A stretch of 64,000 nt of DNA from Nitrospirota bacterium. GTDB taxonomy: Bacteria > Nitrospirota > Nitrospiria > 2-01-FULL-66-17. The stretch lies in contig JBMOMC010000001.1 in NCBI GenBank assembly GCA_049325335.1, positions 564,193 through 628,192 of the forward strand. Direction: 5' to 3'. Below, piece by piece: positions 40,580 to 50,477 of this stretch. The notes under the pieces are model-generated. The model was given only the letters and a program-made list of their open reading frames with translations, made no database searches and had not been told where the DNA came from. Position numbers and translations under genes: made by a program. Within the stretch, counting starts at the first letter, position 1; every line of letters begins with the position of its first letter.

Positions 40580-42402
40580 CGGCGTCGGGCCCCCAGCGGT
40601 CAGCTCGCTTCGGCCTGTTCCAGTGGCGACCGCGCCTCAAGACCCGTCTCGGCCTGTTCATTCTCACCGCCGGCGTGGTCTCGGGCGTGATGACGCTCGG
40701 CGTCATCTATTTTCTCGGGACCGCGACCCTTAAGAGCACGATCGGACGCAGTTTCGAAGAATTGGCGTCATCAACCGCCTCGAATATCGACACGCTGTTC
40801 AGCCATCACATCGAGGAGGCCCGGCTGTTGGCTTCGGTCCAGTCCGTGCTGACCGTGGTCGAAGAATCGAACGCATTTTTCAGCAGCGACCCGATTGACG
40901 ACGTGCGGGCGCGCATTCGGGAAATCGACGAGCGATGGCGGACCGCCCAAGGCGTTGATGCCTTCTTTCTCGAAATTCAGGGAAACCGGGCCACCGCGGC
41001 GCTGAAAGAATTCATCGCCCAGACTCCCGATGCAACGCTCTATCAAGCCGTTGTTGTCACCAATATCCATGGGGCCCTCGTCGCAGCCACAGGACTACCG
41101 GCCCGATACGATTTCAGCGCGACCCCCTGGTGGATACACGCGTTCCAAAACAGGGACGGTCGTCCCTTTGTCAGCGGCGTGGAAGCGCTGCCCGGGACCG
41201 CCGATCCGCTTGTCGTCATCGCCACGCCGATTGTCAAAAATCGACAAACCATCGGAGTCTTGGCCTTGGTGGAGCGCGCCGATACCCTGCTGCGGGGCGT
41301 GGCGTCCGCCAAGATCGGAAAAACCGATCACACCATGATTCTCACCGCAGATGGCGTGGTCGTGTTCTGTCCGGTTGCCCCGCTTCAAAGCCATGCCCTC
41401 TCACCGAGCTATCTGACGGCAGTCACCGAAAACCACAAGGGCTGGCTGGCGACGCGTGCCGACGTTCATTTTCCCGGACGGGAAGCCCTCACCGGGCACG
41501 CTCCCGTCGGCTTGACCCAGCGACTCGGCGCCGACAACTTCGGTGGGCGACCCTGGTATGTGATCACCAGCCAAGATCCCGCTGAAAGCTACGCGCCCAT
41601 TTACACCCTCTTGCGCTGGATCGGCGTGGCGGGCGTGGCCGGCACCCTCATGTTCGTGCTCATGGGCTCGCTGATCGCGCGCCGTATCGTGCGGCCGATC
41701 CAGACCTTACGAGAAGGCGCCGAGCGTATCGGGCAAGGAAACCTGAACCACCGCATCGAGGTCGCCACCGGGGATGAAATCGAGGATCTGGCGAACCAAT
41801 TCAATAAAATGGCGCACAAGCTCAAACTGTTTTACATCGGGCTTGAAGAAAACGTGAAGGAGAAAACCTGGAAGATCGAGCACCAAAACAAAGAGCTCTC
41901 GATTCTGTACGCGATCGCCGCGACCTTAAATCAATCCTTGCCGATTCGGGACCTTCTGGACCAGACCTTGCAAAAAATGCTCGACGTCATGGAGGCGGAC
42001 GGCGGCCTGATTTGGATGGCGCAACCTCCAGCCGGGTCCTCGCCGATTACCGCCACCAAATTACCCACCCTGTCTCCCTTGCAAATGAGCAATCTCATCG
42101 AACTCATCCACACCATCAGTTTACAGATTCGGCGCACCGGGGATCTGTGGGCCACCGAGAACCTTGCCGTGGATGATCGTATCGACTCGACGCGCTCCGG
42201 GGATCCCGGCTTTATCTCCCTGGTCGGCATCCCGTTACGGTCACGTGATCACGTGCTCGGCATCCTTTTTTTGTTATATCGCGATATCCGGGCGCTCACC
42301 TCCCGCGAGGAAAAGCTGCTGGCGTCGGTCGGAAGCCAGATCGGGGTGACCATCGAACACGGCGCTACGCCACACGGGCTCGGGGCAACGTCCCAGTCAT
42401 GA
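40576..42402 (+). CDS. Membrane sensor: TM, periplasmic Cache-like domain, TM, HAMP, GAF; no catalytic output domain
   Basis: Two TM segments; HAMP (RPIQTL...DEIEDLANQFNKM); GAF (GIPLRSRDHVLGIL...QIGVTIEH); stop about 13 codons later. Confidence 0.8.
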   Translation: MTASGPQRSARFGLFQWRPRLKTRLGLFILTAGVVSGVMTLGVIYFLGTATLKSTIGRSFEELASSTASNIDTLFSHHIEEARLLASVQSVLTVVEESNAFFSSDPIDDVRARIREIDERWRTAQGVDAFFLEIQGNRATAALKEFIAQTPDATLYQAVVVTNIHGALVAATGLPARYDFSATPWWIHAFQNRDGRPFVSGVEALPGTADPLVVIATPIVKNRQTIGVLALVERADTLLRGVASAKIGKTDHTMILTADGVVVFCPVAPLQSHALSPSYLTAVTENHKGWLATRADVHFPGREALTGHAPVGLTQRLGADNFGGRPWYVITSQDPAESYAPIYTLLRWIGVAGVAGTLMFVLMGSLIARRIVRPIQTLREGAERIGQGNLNHRIEVATGDEIEDLANQFNKMAHKLKLFYIGLEENVKEKTWKIEHQNKELSILYAIAATLNQSLPIRDLLDQTLQKMLDVMEADGGLIWMAQPPAGSSPITATKLPTLSPLQMSNLIELIHTISLQIRRTGDLWATENLAVDDRIDSTRSGDPGFISLVGIPLRSRDHVLGILFLLYRDIRALTSREEKLLASVGSQIGVTIEHGATPHGLGATSQS

Positions 42403-42451
42403 CGCGGGGTCCAGGGAAGATTTCGGCGGTCTAAAGGGTCAATTCTGTACA

Positions 42452-43054
42452 ATGACGCATTTTCGGCTCACGGCACAGGATCAGTCGCGACAAAGGGAGT
42501 TCGAGGAGCACACGCTCCCGTATCTCCCATCACTGTATGGGTTTGCCGTGGTCCTGACCGGGAACCGCGATGACGCGAATGACCTGGTTCAAGACGCGTA
42601 CATCCGGGCATTCCGCTTCTACCCGAAATATGAACGTATCGCCAATTACAAAGCGTGGCTGTTTGCCCTCACCAAGAATCTCTTTATCAACCGGTACCAC
42701 CAACGCGCCAGAGAGATTTCGCTGGACGATCTCGACCTCATTGACGACGAACCACACCAGTCGTCTGCCGCGCTGTTGCTCAACGCTCACGATCGCCACG
42801 CCCGGGGTATTTTCCGTCGCGACTTCGAGCACGCATTGGCGGCCATGCCGGAAAAACTCCGCCTGGCCGTGCTCCTCAAGGACGTCGAAGGCTTTGATTA
42901 TAAAGAAATATCAGAAATCATGGGGTGCCCGTTGGGAACCGTGATGTCGCGCCTGTCGCGCGGACGCAACCTGCTCAAAAAATCGTTGAGCGATTATTGG
43001 GGAACCTTAAAAGACGGGAAGGGGGCTGGCCTCTCCCACACCAACGCCAACTGA
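42452..43054 (+). CDS. ECF sigma-70 factor
   Basis: DANDLVQDAY and YKAWL region 2; DVEGFDYKEISEIMGCPLGTVMSRLSRGR region 4. Confidence 0.93.
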   Translation: MTHFRLTAQDQSRQREFEEHTLPYLPSLYGFAVVLTGNRDDANDLVQDAYIRAFRFYPKYERIANYKAWLFALTKNLFINRYHQRAREISLDDLDLIDDEPHQSSAALLLNAHDRHARGIFRRDFEHALAAMPEKLRLAVLLKDVEGFDYKEISEIMGCPLGTVMSRLSRGRNLLKKSLSDYWGTLKDGKGAGLSHTNAN

Positions 43055-43055
43055 C

Positions 43056-43877
43056 ATGTACGACTGCTCAACCATCGTGAAACTCATGCACCCGTTCCTC
43101 GACGGAGCGTTGGACGTGAAGGAATCGGTTCGCGTCGATACGCACCTTAAGGGTTGCGAAGATTGTCGCGAGGCCTTTCTCGCGGAGAAGGCCTTCCTGT
43201 CGCTCATACACGAGGCGGCTGAAGTGAAGCCGGCCCCGACATTTACGGCAGCCTGCTTGCGTGTGGCCTTAGACCGAGAGGTTCGCCGCGACCGTGGGCA
43301 GCGAGAACCGTTCTCCCTTCCATGGGTTGCCGCGATCACGGGATTCGCGGTTGCGGTGCTCGCTCTGATCGTGTTCGGCACGTTCCGCCACCAGGTGCCG
43401 GATTTGGTGAAACTTGCGGTGCAACAGCACCAACTTTCGTTGCGAGAACCCGACGCCTTGGATGTAGTTAATGCCGACGGGAAGGTCGTTTCCGCCTGGT
43501 TGGAGCAAAGCCTAAAGTTCGCCGTCGACATCCCGCACAGCAGTCCAACCGGGTTTGAGTTGGTGGGGGGACGGGTCGCCCGAACTGCGGACACCACGGC
43601 AGCCTATGTGGCCTACCGGGTTGGGGAGGACACGGTGTCATTACTGATGACACCTCCGCAAGAAATCCGTCTGGCGGGCCGCGATGTGATCAGCTTCCGC
43701 AACATCCTGTTTCACCCTGAGGACGTGGACGGGTACCACACCCTTGAGTGGTCCGACAGTCGCCACACCTACGTCTTGGTTGCGTCGAGTCCGCGTCTGG
43801 CGTCCCAATCCTGCCTGATCTGTCACGGCTCCGACCGCGGCCGTGAATTCATCTCCGGATTCGCGAACGGTATTTAA
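43056..43877 (+). CDS. Zinc-binding (ZAS) transmembrane anti-sigma factor with a C-terminal CxxCH motif
   Basis: HLKGCEDC (HxxxCxxC), TM helix WVAAITGFAVAVLALIVF, extracytoplasmic FELVGGR domain, CLICH at 43812-43826. Confidence 0.88.
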   Translation: MYDCSTIVKLMHPFLDGALDVKESVRVDTHLKGCEDCREAFLAEKAFLSLIHEAAEVKPAPTFTAACLRVALDREVRRDRGQREPFSLPWVAAITGFAVAVLALIVFGTFRHQVPDLVKLAVQQHQLSLREPDALDVVNADGKVVSAWLEQSLKFAVDIPHSSPTGFELVGGRVARTADTTAAYVAYRVGEDTVSLLMTPPQEIRLAGRDVISFRNILFHPEDVDGYHTLEWSDSRHTYVLVASSPRLASQSCLICHGSDRGREFISGFANGI

Positions 43878-43934
43878 CTGGTCTCGCCTCGGGCTGGCCC
43901 GATGAGTCGGGCTGGACGGCGACGCAACCCGCTT

Positions 43935-43968
43935 GTGAGCCGCCAGGCTTACGGGCCTGGCGGCTCAC
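43935..43968. terminator. Perfect 14-bp hairpin between the convergent anti-sigma and clpX genes
   Basis: GTGAGCCGCCAGGC-ttacgg-GCCTGGCGGCTCAC; no U-tract. Confidence 0.5.
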
Positions 43969-44020
43969 GCGGTTGATCAGAGGCGAATGGTCGAGATGAG
44001 CGTCTCGATGAATCGGGGCG

Positions 44021-45283
44021 TTACGCGGACTTCATCCCCAGATCTTGGTCGTACACCAGGATCGGCTGGGCCGTGTTCTGAATCGCTTCTTCGGTGATGA
44101 TGCACTCTTTCACGTTTTTGGACGACGGAATCTCATACATCAATTCCAACATCACCCGCTCTAAAATCGCGCGCAGTCCACGGGCGCCGGTTCGTTGTCC
44201 GTACGCGCGGCGCGCAACTTCGGCCAACGCGCCAGGGGTGAATTTGAGACGGACCTTCTCGAACGCAAAGAGCCGTTCGTACTGCTTGACCAGGGCATTT
44301 TTCGGTTCGCTCAAGATTTTGATCAGGGCTTGCTCGTCCAGGTCATCCAGCGTGGCGTGGACGGGCAGACGCCCCACGAATTCCGGGATCAACCCGAATT
44401 TGAGCAGATCTTCGGGCTCCACGTGCGCCAACAACTCGCCAATCCGTCGTTCTTCCCGACTCTTGATATCCGCGCCGAACCCCATGACTCGCGTCTGAAG
44501 GCGTTGCCCAATGATGGATTCGATGCCCACGAACGCGCCCCCGCAGATAAACAGGATTTGGCTGGTGTCGACCTGAATGAACTCCTGGTGCGGGTGCTTG
44601 CGCCCGCCTTGCGGCGGCACGTTCGCCACCGTACCCTCGATGAGTTTGAGCAGCGCCTGCTGGACCCCCTCGCCCGACACATCGCGCGTGATCGACGGGG
44701 AGTCGCTCTTGCGGCTGATCTTATCGATTTCGTCGATATACACGATGCCGCGTTCAGCCTTCTCCACGTCGTAGTCCGCGGCTTGGAGCAACTTCAGGAT
44801 GATGTTCTCCACGTCCTCGCCCACATACCCGGCTTCCGTCAGCGTCGTGGCGTCGGCAATGGTAAAGGGAACGTCCAGAATACGGGCCAGGGTCTGTGCC
44901 AACAGGGTTTTCCCGGTGCCGGTCGGGCCGATCAGGAGAATGTTGCCCTTTTGCAGCTCAACGTCGCTGACGCTCGAACCCGCGTTCACGCGCTTGTAAT
45001 GGTTGTGGACCGCGACCGCCAGCACTTTCTTGGCCCGCTCTTGCCCGACCACGTATTGATCGAGGATTCGCTTGATCTCGGTAGGTTTGGGCAGCGACGA
45101 CGACGTGACCAACTGTTTTTGGGTCTCGGATTCTTCCGCGATAATGTCGTTGCAGAGCTCGATGCACTCGTCGCAGATGTAGACGGTGGGACCGGCAATC
45201 AGCTTGCGGACCTCGTCCCGATTTTTCCCGCAGAACGAACACCGCAGCGTGTCCATTCGGTCCGATTTACGTTTGTCGTCCAC
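44021..45283 (-). CDS. clpX: ATP-dependent Clp protease ATP-binding subunit ClpX
   Basis: CSFCGK Zn domain, [22 protein letters not shown] and RKHP motifs. Confidence 0.98.
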   Translation of the reverse strand: MDDKRKSDRMDTLRCSFCGKNRDEVRKLIAGPTVYICDECIELCNDIIAEESETQKQLVTSSSLPKPTEIKRILDQYVVGQERAKKVLAVAVHNHYKRVNAGSSVSDVELQKGNILLIGPTGTGKTLLAQTLARILDVPFTIADATTLTEAGYVGEDVENIILKLLQAADYDVEKAERGIVYIDEIDKISRKSDSPSITRDVSGEGVQQALLKLIEGTVANVPPQGGRKHPHQEFIQVDTSQILFICGGAFVGIESIIGQRLQTRVMGFGADIKSREERRIGELLAHVEPEDLLKFGLIPEFVGRLPVHATLDDLDEQALIKILSEPKNALVKQYERLFAFEKVRLKFTPGALAEVARRAYGQRTGARGLRAILERVMLELMYEIPSSKNVKECIITEEAIQNTAQPILVYDQDLGMKSA

Positions 45284-45328
45284 CCGTCTCCTCTCCCGCG
45301 CCGCTCGAGGTGTTTCCGAGTCCGCTGG

Positions 45329-45925
45329 TTACGTTTTCGGTATACTGGGACCCCGTTCAAGGATGCTGTCGATCAAGCCGTAGTCCTTGGACTCCTCACC
45401 CGAGAGGAAGTAGTCCCGTTCCGTATCCGCTTGAATCCTCTCAAGCGACTGTCCCGTATGTTTGGCCAAAATTTGGTTCAAGCGTTCGCGCGTTCGCAAA
45501 ATCTCCTTGGCATGAATCCCAATGTCGGTCGCCTGGCCTTGGAACCCCCCGAGCGGCTGATGGATCATTATTCTAGCATTGGGCAGCGCATGCCGCTTGC
45601 CGCGCGCGCCGGCCGCCAATAACACGGCGCCCATGCTGGAGGCTTGTCCAATACAAATCGTCGAGACATCCGGCTTGATATATTGCATCGTATCGTAGAT
45701 AGCCAACCCGGCGGTCACCAGTCCGCCCGGACTGTTCACATACATGCTGATGTCTTTGGCCGGATCTTCGGCCTCCAAAAACAACAATTGGGCGATGATC
45801 AGATTTGCCGACGTATCCTCGATCGGGGTGCCCACGAGGATGATTCGGTCCTTCAACAACCGCGAATAGATGTCGTACGCTCGCTCCCCACGATTCGTTT
45901 GCTCAATGACCATCGGTACCAACAT
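45329..45925 (-). CDS. clpP: ATP-dependent Clp protease proteolytic subunit
   Basis: [22 protein letters not shown] and IMIHQP motifs. Confidence 0.98.
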   Translation of the reverse strand: MLVPMVIEQTNRGERAYDIYSRLLKDRIILVGTPIEDTSANLIIAQLLFLEAEDPAKDISMYVNSPGGLVTAGLAIYDTMQYIKPDVSTICIGQASSMGAVLLAAGARGKRHALPNARIMIHQPLGGFQGQATDIGIHAKEILRTRERLNQILAKHTGQSLERIQADTERDYFLSGEESKDYGLIDSILERGPSIPKT

Positions 45926-45968
45926 GCGCGCTCCTTACGAAAACGAAAGGGGTTCCATCCCCCGGTGT

Positions 45969-47282
45969 TTACCTAGGCTCCTGACCGGCGGTGGAGCCGT
46001 CTTCTTCCCTAATCTCCGCATGATCGATCAACCAATCCAGCGTTTTCTCCCGACGCATCGTCGCCCGCAATCCGACGAACTCGCCGCTGTCGCCCGCGAG
46101 CAGTTTACGGACCTCCCGGACGTCGGACCGCGTTTGCGCGGCGATGCGTTGGACCTCGCGCTCAATTTCGTCCATTCCCACGGCCACCCCTTCGCGGTCT
46201 GCGATCGCTTCCAATAGCAAGTCGCCTTTGACGCGGCCTTCCGCCGCGCCGTGGATTTCCTTTTCCATGATGTCGCCCGATGCGCCGGGAACCGAGGTTC
46301 CCGGCGCCGCATGGGACAAATGGCGTTCCATGCGTTCCTTTAATGCCGCGGCTTCTCGATGTACCAGGCTGGGCGGCAAGTCCACTTGATGCCGCTCATT
46401 GAGTAATTTGACGATCGCAGTCCGTTCGTCGGCGCGCTGATCTGCGGCCTTCCGGGCAGTGATTTCCGTGCGCACGCGTTCGCGCAGGGCATCGAGCGAG
46501 GCCAGGCCCAGATCTTTAGCCAGCTCGTCGTCCAACGCAGGGAGCACCCGGCGTTTCACGTCACCCACGACGATCCGGAACACCACGCGCCGCCCCGCCA
46601 CCTGTGGGCTCTGATACTCCGCCGGGAACGTCACCTCGGTTTCGAGGCGATCGCCCTTGCGGTGCCCTCGCAACGCATCATCGATCTCCGGGATCACGGA
46701 TTGTTCACCGACGTGCACCAGGTACCCGGTGGCGCTGGCGCCAGGCAGGGGCTGGCCATCGGACGCGCCCTCAAAATCCACGACCGCAAAGTCCCCCTCC
46801 GCGATCACATGGTCGTCCTCGTAACTGACCAATTCAGCCTGCCGAAGACGGATGTTCTCCAGCATTTCCCCGACTTCGACGTCCGTGACCTCCGCGAGGC
46901 GCCGTCTGAGCGGCAGGCCCTTATACGGTTGTAGTGCGACGTCAGGCCGCACTTCCACCACCGCACGAAACGACAACGGCGCGTCCTTGGCGATCGACAA
47001 CTCTTCGATCATGGGAAGCTGCACCGGAACCAGTCCGGCGTCTTTAAGCGCCTGCTGGTAGAACCGGGGCACCAACCGCTGCACCACATCGTCGGTCACT
47101 TCGCGGTGGAACCGTTTTTCCAAGACCGGCAGCGGGACCTTCCCGGGGCGAAACCCCGGGACCTTGGCCCGGCGGCCCAGTTCCGAATACGCCGTGTCGA
47201 ACTCACGGCCGACCACGGATGGTTCCACTTCAATGACCAACACACGTTTGACCGGCGACACTGTTTCCACTGAGAGTTTCAT
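45969..47282 (-). CDS. tig: Trigger factor
   Basis: GFRPGKVP signature, FKBP-like middle domain, tig-clpP-clpX synteny. Confidence 0.94.
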   Translation of the reverse strand: MKLSVETVSPVKRVLVIEVEPSVVGREFDTAYSELGRRAKVPGFRPGKVPLPVLEKRFHREVTDDVVQRLVPRFYQQALKDAGLVPVQLPMIEELSIAKDAPLSFRAVVEVRPDVALQPYKGLPLRRRLAEVTDVEVGEMLENIRLRQAELVSYEDDHVIAEGDFAVVDFEGASDGQPLPGASATGYLVHVGEQSVIPEIDDALRGHRKGDRLETEVTFPAEYQSPQVAGRRVVFRIVVGDVKRRVLPALDDELAKDLGLASLDALRERVRTEITARKAADQRADERTAIVKLLNERHQVDLPPSLVHREAAALKERMERHLSHAAPGTSVPGASGDIMEKEIHGAAEGRVKGDLLLEAIADREGVAVGMDEIEREVQRIAAQTRSDVREVRKLLAGDSGEFVGLRATMRREKTLDWLIDHAEIREEDGSTAGQEPR

Positions 47283-47349
47283 ACGCACTCGGGCTATTGA
47301 AAATGTGAATAAGAGACGACGTTCCCGGACCACACCACAACGGCGACAG

Positions 47350-47434
47350 TGGTGCGAGAGGGGGGACTTGAACCCCCACGGGGTGACCCACCAGATCCTA
47401 AGTCTGGCGCGTCTGCCAATTCCGCCACTCTCGC
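47350..47434 (-). tRNA. tRNA-Leu(UAG)
   Basis: GCGAGAGTGGCGGAATTGGCAGACGCG-CCAGA-CTTAGGA-TCTGG, long variable arm, GGTTCAAGTCC, CCA end. Confidence 0.95.
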
Positions 47435-47558
47435 ACGTGTTTTCGTCAACAAAGCGTTGCCGTCCGATGGCGCGCCCGCCGGTCCCCCGACGCGCCCCGT
47501 TTCCGACCAGTTGGATTGTCCCATGGATCGAGTGAGTCCAGCGGCCCGACGGAAAGGG

Positions 47559-47634
<76 letters not shown>

Positions 47635-47647
47635 ACATGTACGACAA

Positions 47648-47723
47648 TGGCGCGCCTGGAGGGAATTGAACCCCCGACACATGGCTCCGGAGGCCATTGC
47701 TCTATCCGCTGAGCTACAGGCGC
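47648..47723 (-). tRNA. tRNA-Arg(CCG)
   Basis: GCGCCTGTAGCTCAGCGGATAGAGCA-ATGGC-CTCCGGA-GCCAT...GGTTCAATTCC...CCA. Confidence 0.95.
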
Positions 47724-47806
47724 ACGTCTCCGCCCCACGTGGACGGGCGCTCAGGCCGTGTTCACCACGCCCACCCATGCGCCAAACGCCCCCGAAAAGC
47801 GCGCGT

Positions 47807-47836
47807 ATTGTACCGGAGCCTGAAACGGTTTGTCAA
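47807..47836 (-). promoter_or_regulatory. Sigma70-like promoter for the tRNA-Arg/Lys/Leu (and possibly tig) transcript
   Basis: Minus strand TTGACA-N18-TACAAT. Confidence 0.7.
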
Positions 47837-47923
47837 AACGCCCGCGTGTTCTCTCACACGCCACACCGTGCCGCGTTGGACCGGGTTGACCAGGGCGAGT
47901 CCACGGCTATCCTTAGCGCGCAC

Positions 47924-49402
47924 ATGGTCCAGAAACCCACCACCCTCCCGACGTTACGCGAGCCGGTTGAACACGACCTGCGGCAAATCGAACGGCGCGA
48001 GTGGCACCTGTGGTCGCTCGCGCTCATCCTGCTCGCAGCGTCCGGGGGCGTCACGGTGCTCTTAGCCTACCTCCTCGTCCAGGACGACTCCAAACAAACC
48101 GACCTGTCTCAACTCATCGCCACGCGCGGATTACCCGGACTGGTCGTGCTCATCGCCTTATTCTGCGCCTACGTGCTCCATACGCGGGTGACCTTCGGCC
48201 GGATGCGCACGTTGTTCCAGAAACAAGCCATGCGTGACGCCCTCACCGGTCTGTTTAGCCGACGGTATTTTAACGAACGGATGGACGAACACTTCTCGAG
48301 AGCCGAATCCGCTGGCGGGATCTTCGCCTTTTTGTTATGCGACCTCGATCACTTCAAGGCCGTCAACGACACCCAGGGACACCAGGCCGGAGATACCGTG
48401 CTTCAGGACGTCGGCAAAGCCGTCTTGGAAGCCACGCGCGGCGCGGACCTGGTGGTCCGGTGGGGCGGAGATGAGATCCTCGTCGTGCTCACCAGAACCA
48501 CCCGTGACGGAGTGTTGACTGCGGCGGACCGTATCCGTAAGGCCGTCGCATTGGTGGGAACGCAGCGCCGGATGCCGTTGGACGTGAGCATCGGTGCCGC
48601 GTTGTATCCCGAGCATGGTCAAACCGTTGAGGAGCTGGTCCGTCTCGCGGATCGCGCGCTCTATATCGCCAAACGCGGCGGCGACAAGGTGCATATCGGC
48701 GAAGACGAATATCAATTGGATGACCAAACGGTGCACACCGTGTTCCAACCCGTGGTGGATCACACCTCCGGGGAAATCCTGGGATACGAAGCGCTGAGCC
48801 GAGACCCTCAAGGGAAGGTCGGCATCGGCGAGTTGTTCGGCCGGTATCAGGCCGTGGGGCAACTGCACGAACTCAAGTGTTTATGTTTCCAAATCCAGCT
48901 TCGCGCCGCCGCGCGGGTCGGACTTCATCGGGTCTTCATCAACGTGGATTTTGCCGTGCTCGATCACCTGAACGTGATCCCCAAACCGCCTCAGACCGAA
49001 GTGATCTTGGAAATCTCGGAAGCCGAGGCCCTGCACGACGTCGAGCGCCACCTCGATACCACCAAAGCCTGGCGCGCCGCGGGCTATAAATTCGCAATCG
49101 ACGATTTCGGCGCCGGGTTTATTTCGCTGCCGTTTGTGGCGCGGCTGATTCCGGACTACATCAAACTGGACCGGGCCACCATTGTGCAGGCCGGCGAGTC
49201 TCGGCAATTTCTGACCTTTCTCCGCGACCTCGTCCTCGCGCTGCGGAACTATTCCAAGGAAAACATCATCGCGGAAGGTATTGAAACGCCGGACGAGCTC
49301 CAGGTCGTCCGCGATCTCGGAATCAGCCCGGTCCAAGGCTACCTGGTCGGCAAGCCCCAAGAACTTCGCGCGAACCCCACCCGCGAACGCCGCGCCGCGT
49401 AA
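47924..49402 (+). CDS. Membrane-anchored GGDEF-EAL c-di-GMP enzyme
   Basis: Two TM helices; DALTGL, DLDHFKAVNDTQGH, WGGDEI; YEALSR, AIDDFGAG, IAEGIET, QGY; start uncertain. Confidence 0.9.
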   Translation: MVQKPTTLPTLREPVEHDLRQIERREWHLWSLALILLAASGGVTVLLAYLLVQDDSKQTDLSQLIATRGLPGLVVLIALFCAYVLHTRVTFGRMRTLFQKQAMRDALTGLFSRRYFNERMDEHFSRAESAGGIFAFLLCDLDHFKAVNDTQGHQAGDTVLQDVGKAVLEATRGADLVVRWGGDEILVVLTRTTRDGVLTAADRIRKAVALVGTQRRMPLDVSIGAALYPEHGQTVEELVRLADRALYIAKRGGDKVHIGEDEYQLDDQTVHTVFQPVVDHTSGEILGYEALSRDPQGKVGIGELFGRYQAVGQLHELKCLCFQIQLRAAARVGLHRVFINVDFAVLDHLNVIPKPPQTEVILEISEAEALHDVERHLDTTKAWRAAGYKFAIDDFGAGFISLPFVARLIPDYIKLDRATIVQAGESRQFLTFLRDLVLALRNYSKENIIAEGIETPDELQVVRDLGISPVQGYLVGKPQELRANPTRERRAA

Positions 49403-49425
49403 CACAACAAAACTGCCGGACAGCC

Positions 49426-49502
49426 TGGCGCGCCTGGGGCGAATCGAACGCCCGACCCACAGCTTAGAAGGCTGTTGCTCTATCCGACTGAGCTACAGGC
49501 GC
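49426..49502 (-). tRNA. tRNA-Arg(UCU)
   Basis: GCGCCTGTAGCTCAGTCGGATAGAGCA-ACAGC-CTTCTAA-GCTGT...CGTTCGATTCG...CCA. Confidence 0.95.
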
Positions 49503-49520
49503 ATGTGTACAGGCACCGAC

Positions 49521-49586
49521 GAGGGGAGATGGGGAGAGCGGGTGACACGTACTTTCGCCCATTCTCCCCGTCGCCCACTCACCCCT
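49521..49586. repeat. Purine-rich/pyrimidine-rich ~8-nt repeat forming an imperfect inverted repeat
   Basis: GAGGGGAGATGGGGAGAGCGGGTGA ... TCGCCCATTCTCCCCGTCGCCCACTCACCCCT between tRNA-Pro and tRNA-Arg. Confidence 0.45.
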
Positions 49587-49599
49587 TCGTCTTTAAAAA

Positions 49600-49674
<75 letters not shown>

Positions 49675-49711
49675 TACTCGTATCAGCCGACCAGTTTGTT
49701 CACGGCTCCCA

Positions 49712-49838
49712 GAAGCCTATTCAGGGAAGACCGGATGCACGGCGGATGGAGAGCCTTGCGCGCGGAGCGTACTGGGTCGTACGTGAGCACGCAAGGCCGA
49801 CCGACAACGCCGCAGACGCCCTTTCATAGACAGGCTTC
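49712..49838. repeat. ~126-bp structured intergenic repeat, copy 2
   Basis: Inverted ends GAAGCCTATTCA...TAGACAGGCTTC; core nearly identical to 17654-17778. Confidence 0.85.
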
Positions 49839-50468
49839 CAGCCACGCCGCATCCGTGCTCAGCATATCACGAACCGCAACCAGCGCGCGCGCCCGATGGC
49901 TGACGCGATTCTTCTCCGCATCGGACAATTCCGCGAACGTGAGGTCTCGCTCGGGCAGCTCGAACACCGGGTCATAGCCGAATCCGCGGACGCCGGCCTC
50001 GGTGTCGCGGATCCGGCCTTCGACTGATCCCGCAAAAACGCGAACCGCGCCGGACGGAGCGGCGAGCGCGATTACGCACCGAAACCGGCCGGTTCGACGA
50101 TCGGGTGGCACGTCGCGAAGGCGCGCCAACAACAGTCGGCGATTGTCCACATCGGTCGCCCCGAGGCCCGCGTACCGGGCGGACAACACGCCGGGCGCTC
50201 CGCCGAGCGCATCCACCTCTAATCCCGAATCATCCGCCAATACGGGAAGTTGAAGGCGTCGGGCCAATGGCACGGCCTTCTTGAGGGCATTGGCCTCGTA
50301 CGTCAGGCCATCTTCTTCCACGCCCGTTAAAACGCCCACGTCGCGCTGGGAGACGAACTCCCAGTCGAGCCCGCTCAGCAGCGCGGTGATCTCGCGAACT
50401 TTCCCCGCATTAGTGGTGGCGAGCACTAGAACGCGTCCGCGCGTCCCCGCAACATTCGGCGACGGCAC
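49824..50468 (-). CDS. rdgB: dITP/XTP pyrophosphatase (RdgB/HAM1)
   Basis: ATTNAGKVRE, LADDSGL, GFGYDPVF and SHR motifs. Confidence 0.95.
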   Translation of the reverse strand: MPSPNVAGTRGRVLVLATTNAGKVREITALLSGLDWEFVSQRDVGVLTGVEEDGLTYEANALKKAVPLARRLQLPVLADDSGLEVDALGGAPGVLSARYAGLGATDVDNRRLLLARLRDVPPDRRTGRFRCVIALAAPSGAVRVFAGSVEGRIRDTEAGVRGFGYDPVFELPERDLTFAELSDAEKNRVSHRARALVAVRDMLSTDAAWLEACL

Positions 50469-50477
50469 CTCCGCGGC

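Noticed and set aside
47648..49437. Shared TGGCGCGCCTGG at both tRNA-Arg 3' ends as attL/attR of an integrated element
   Set aside because: Both copies belong to complete tRNAs with different anticodons, so the similarity is explained by isoacceptor stems; there is no integrase
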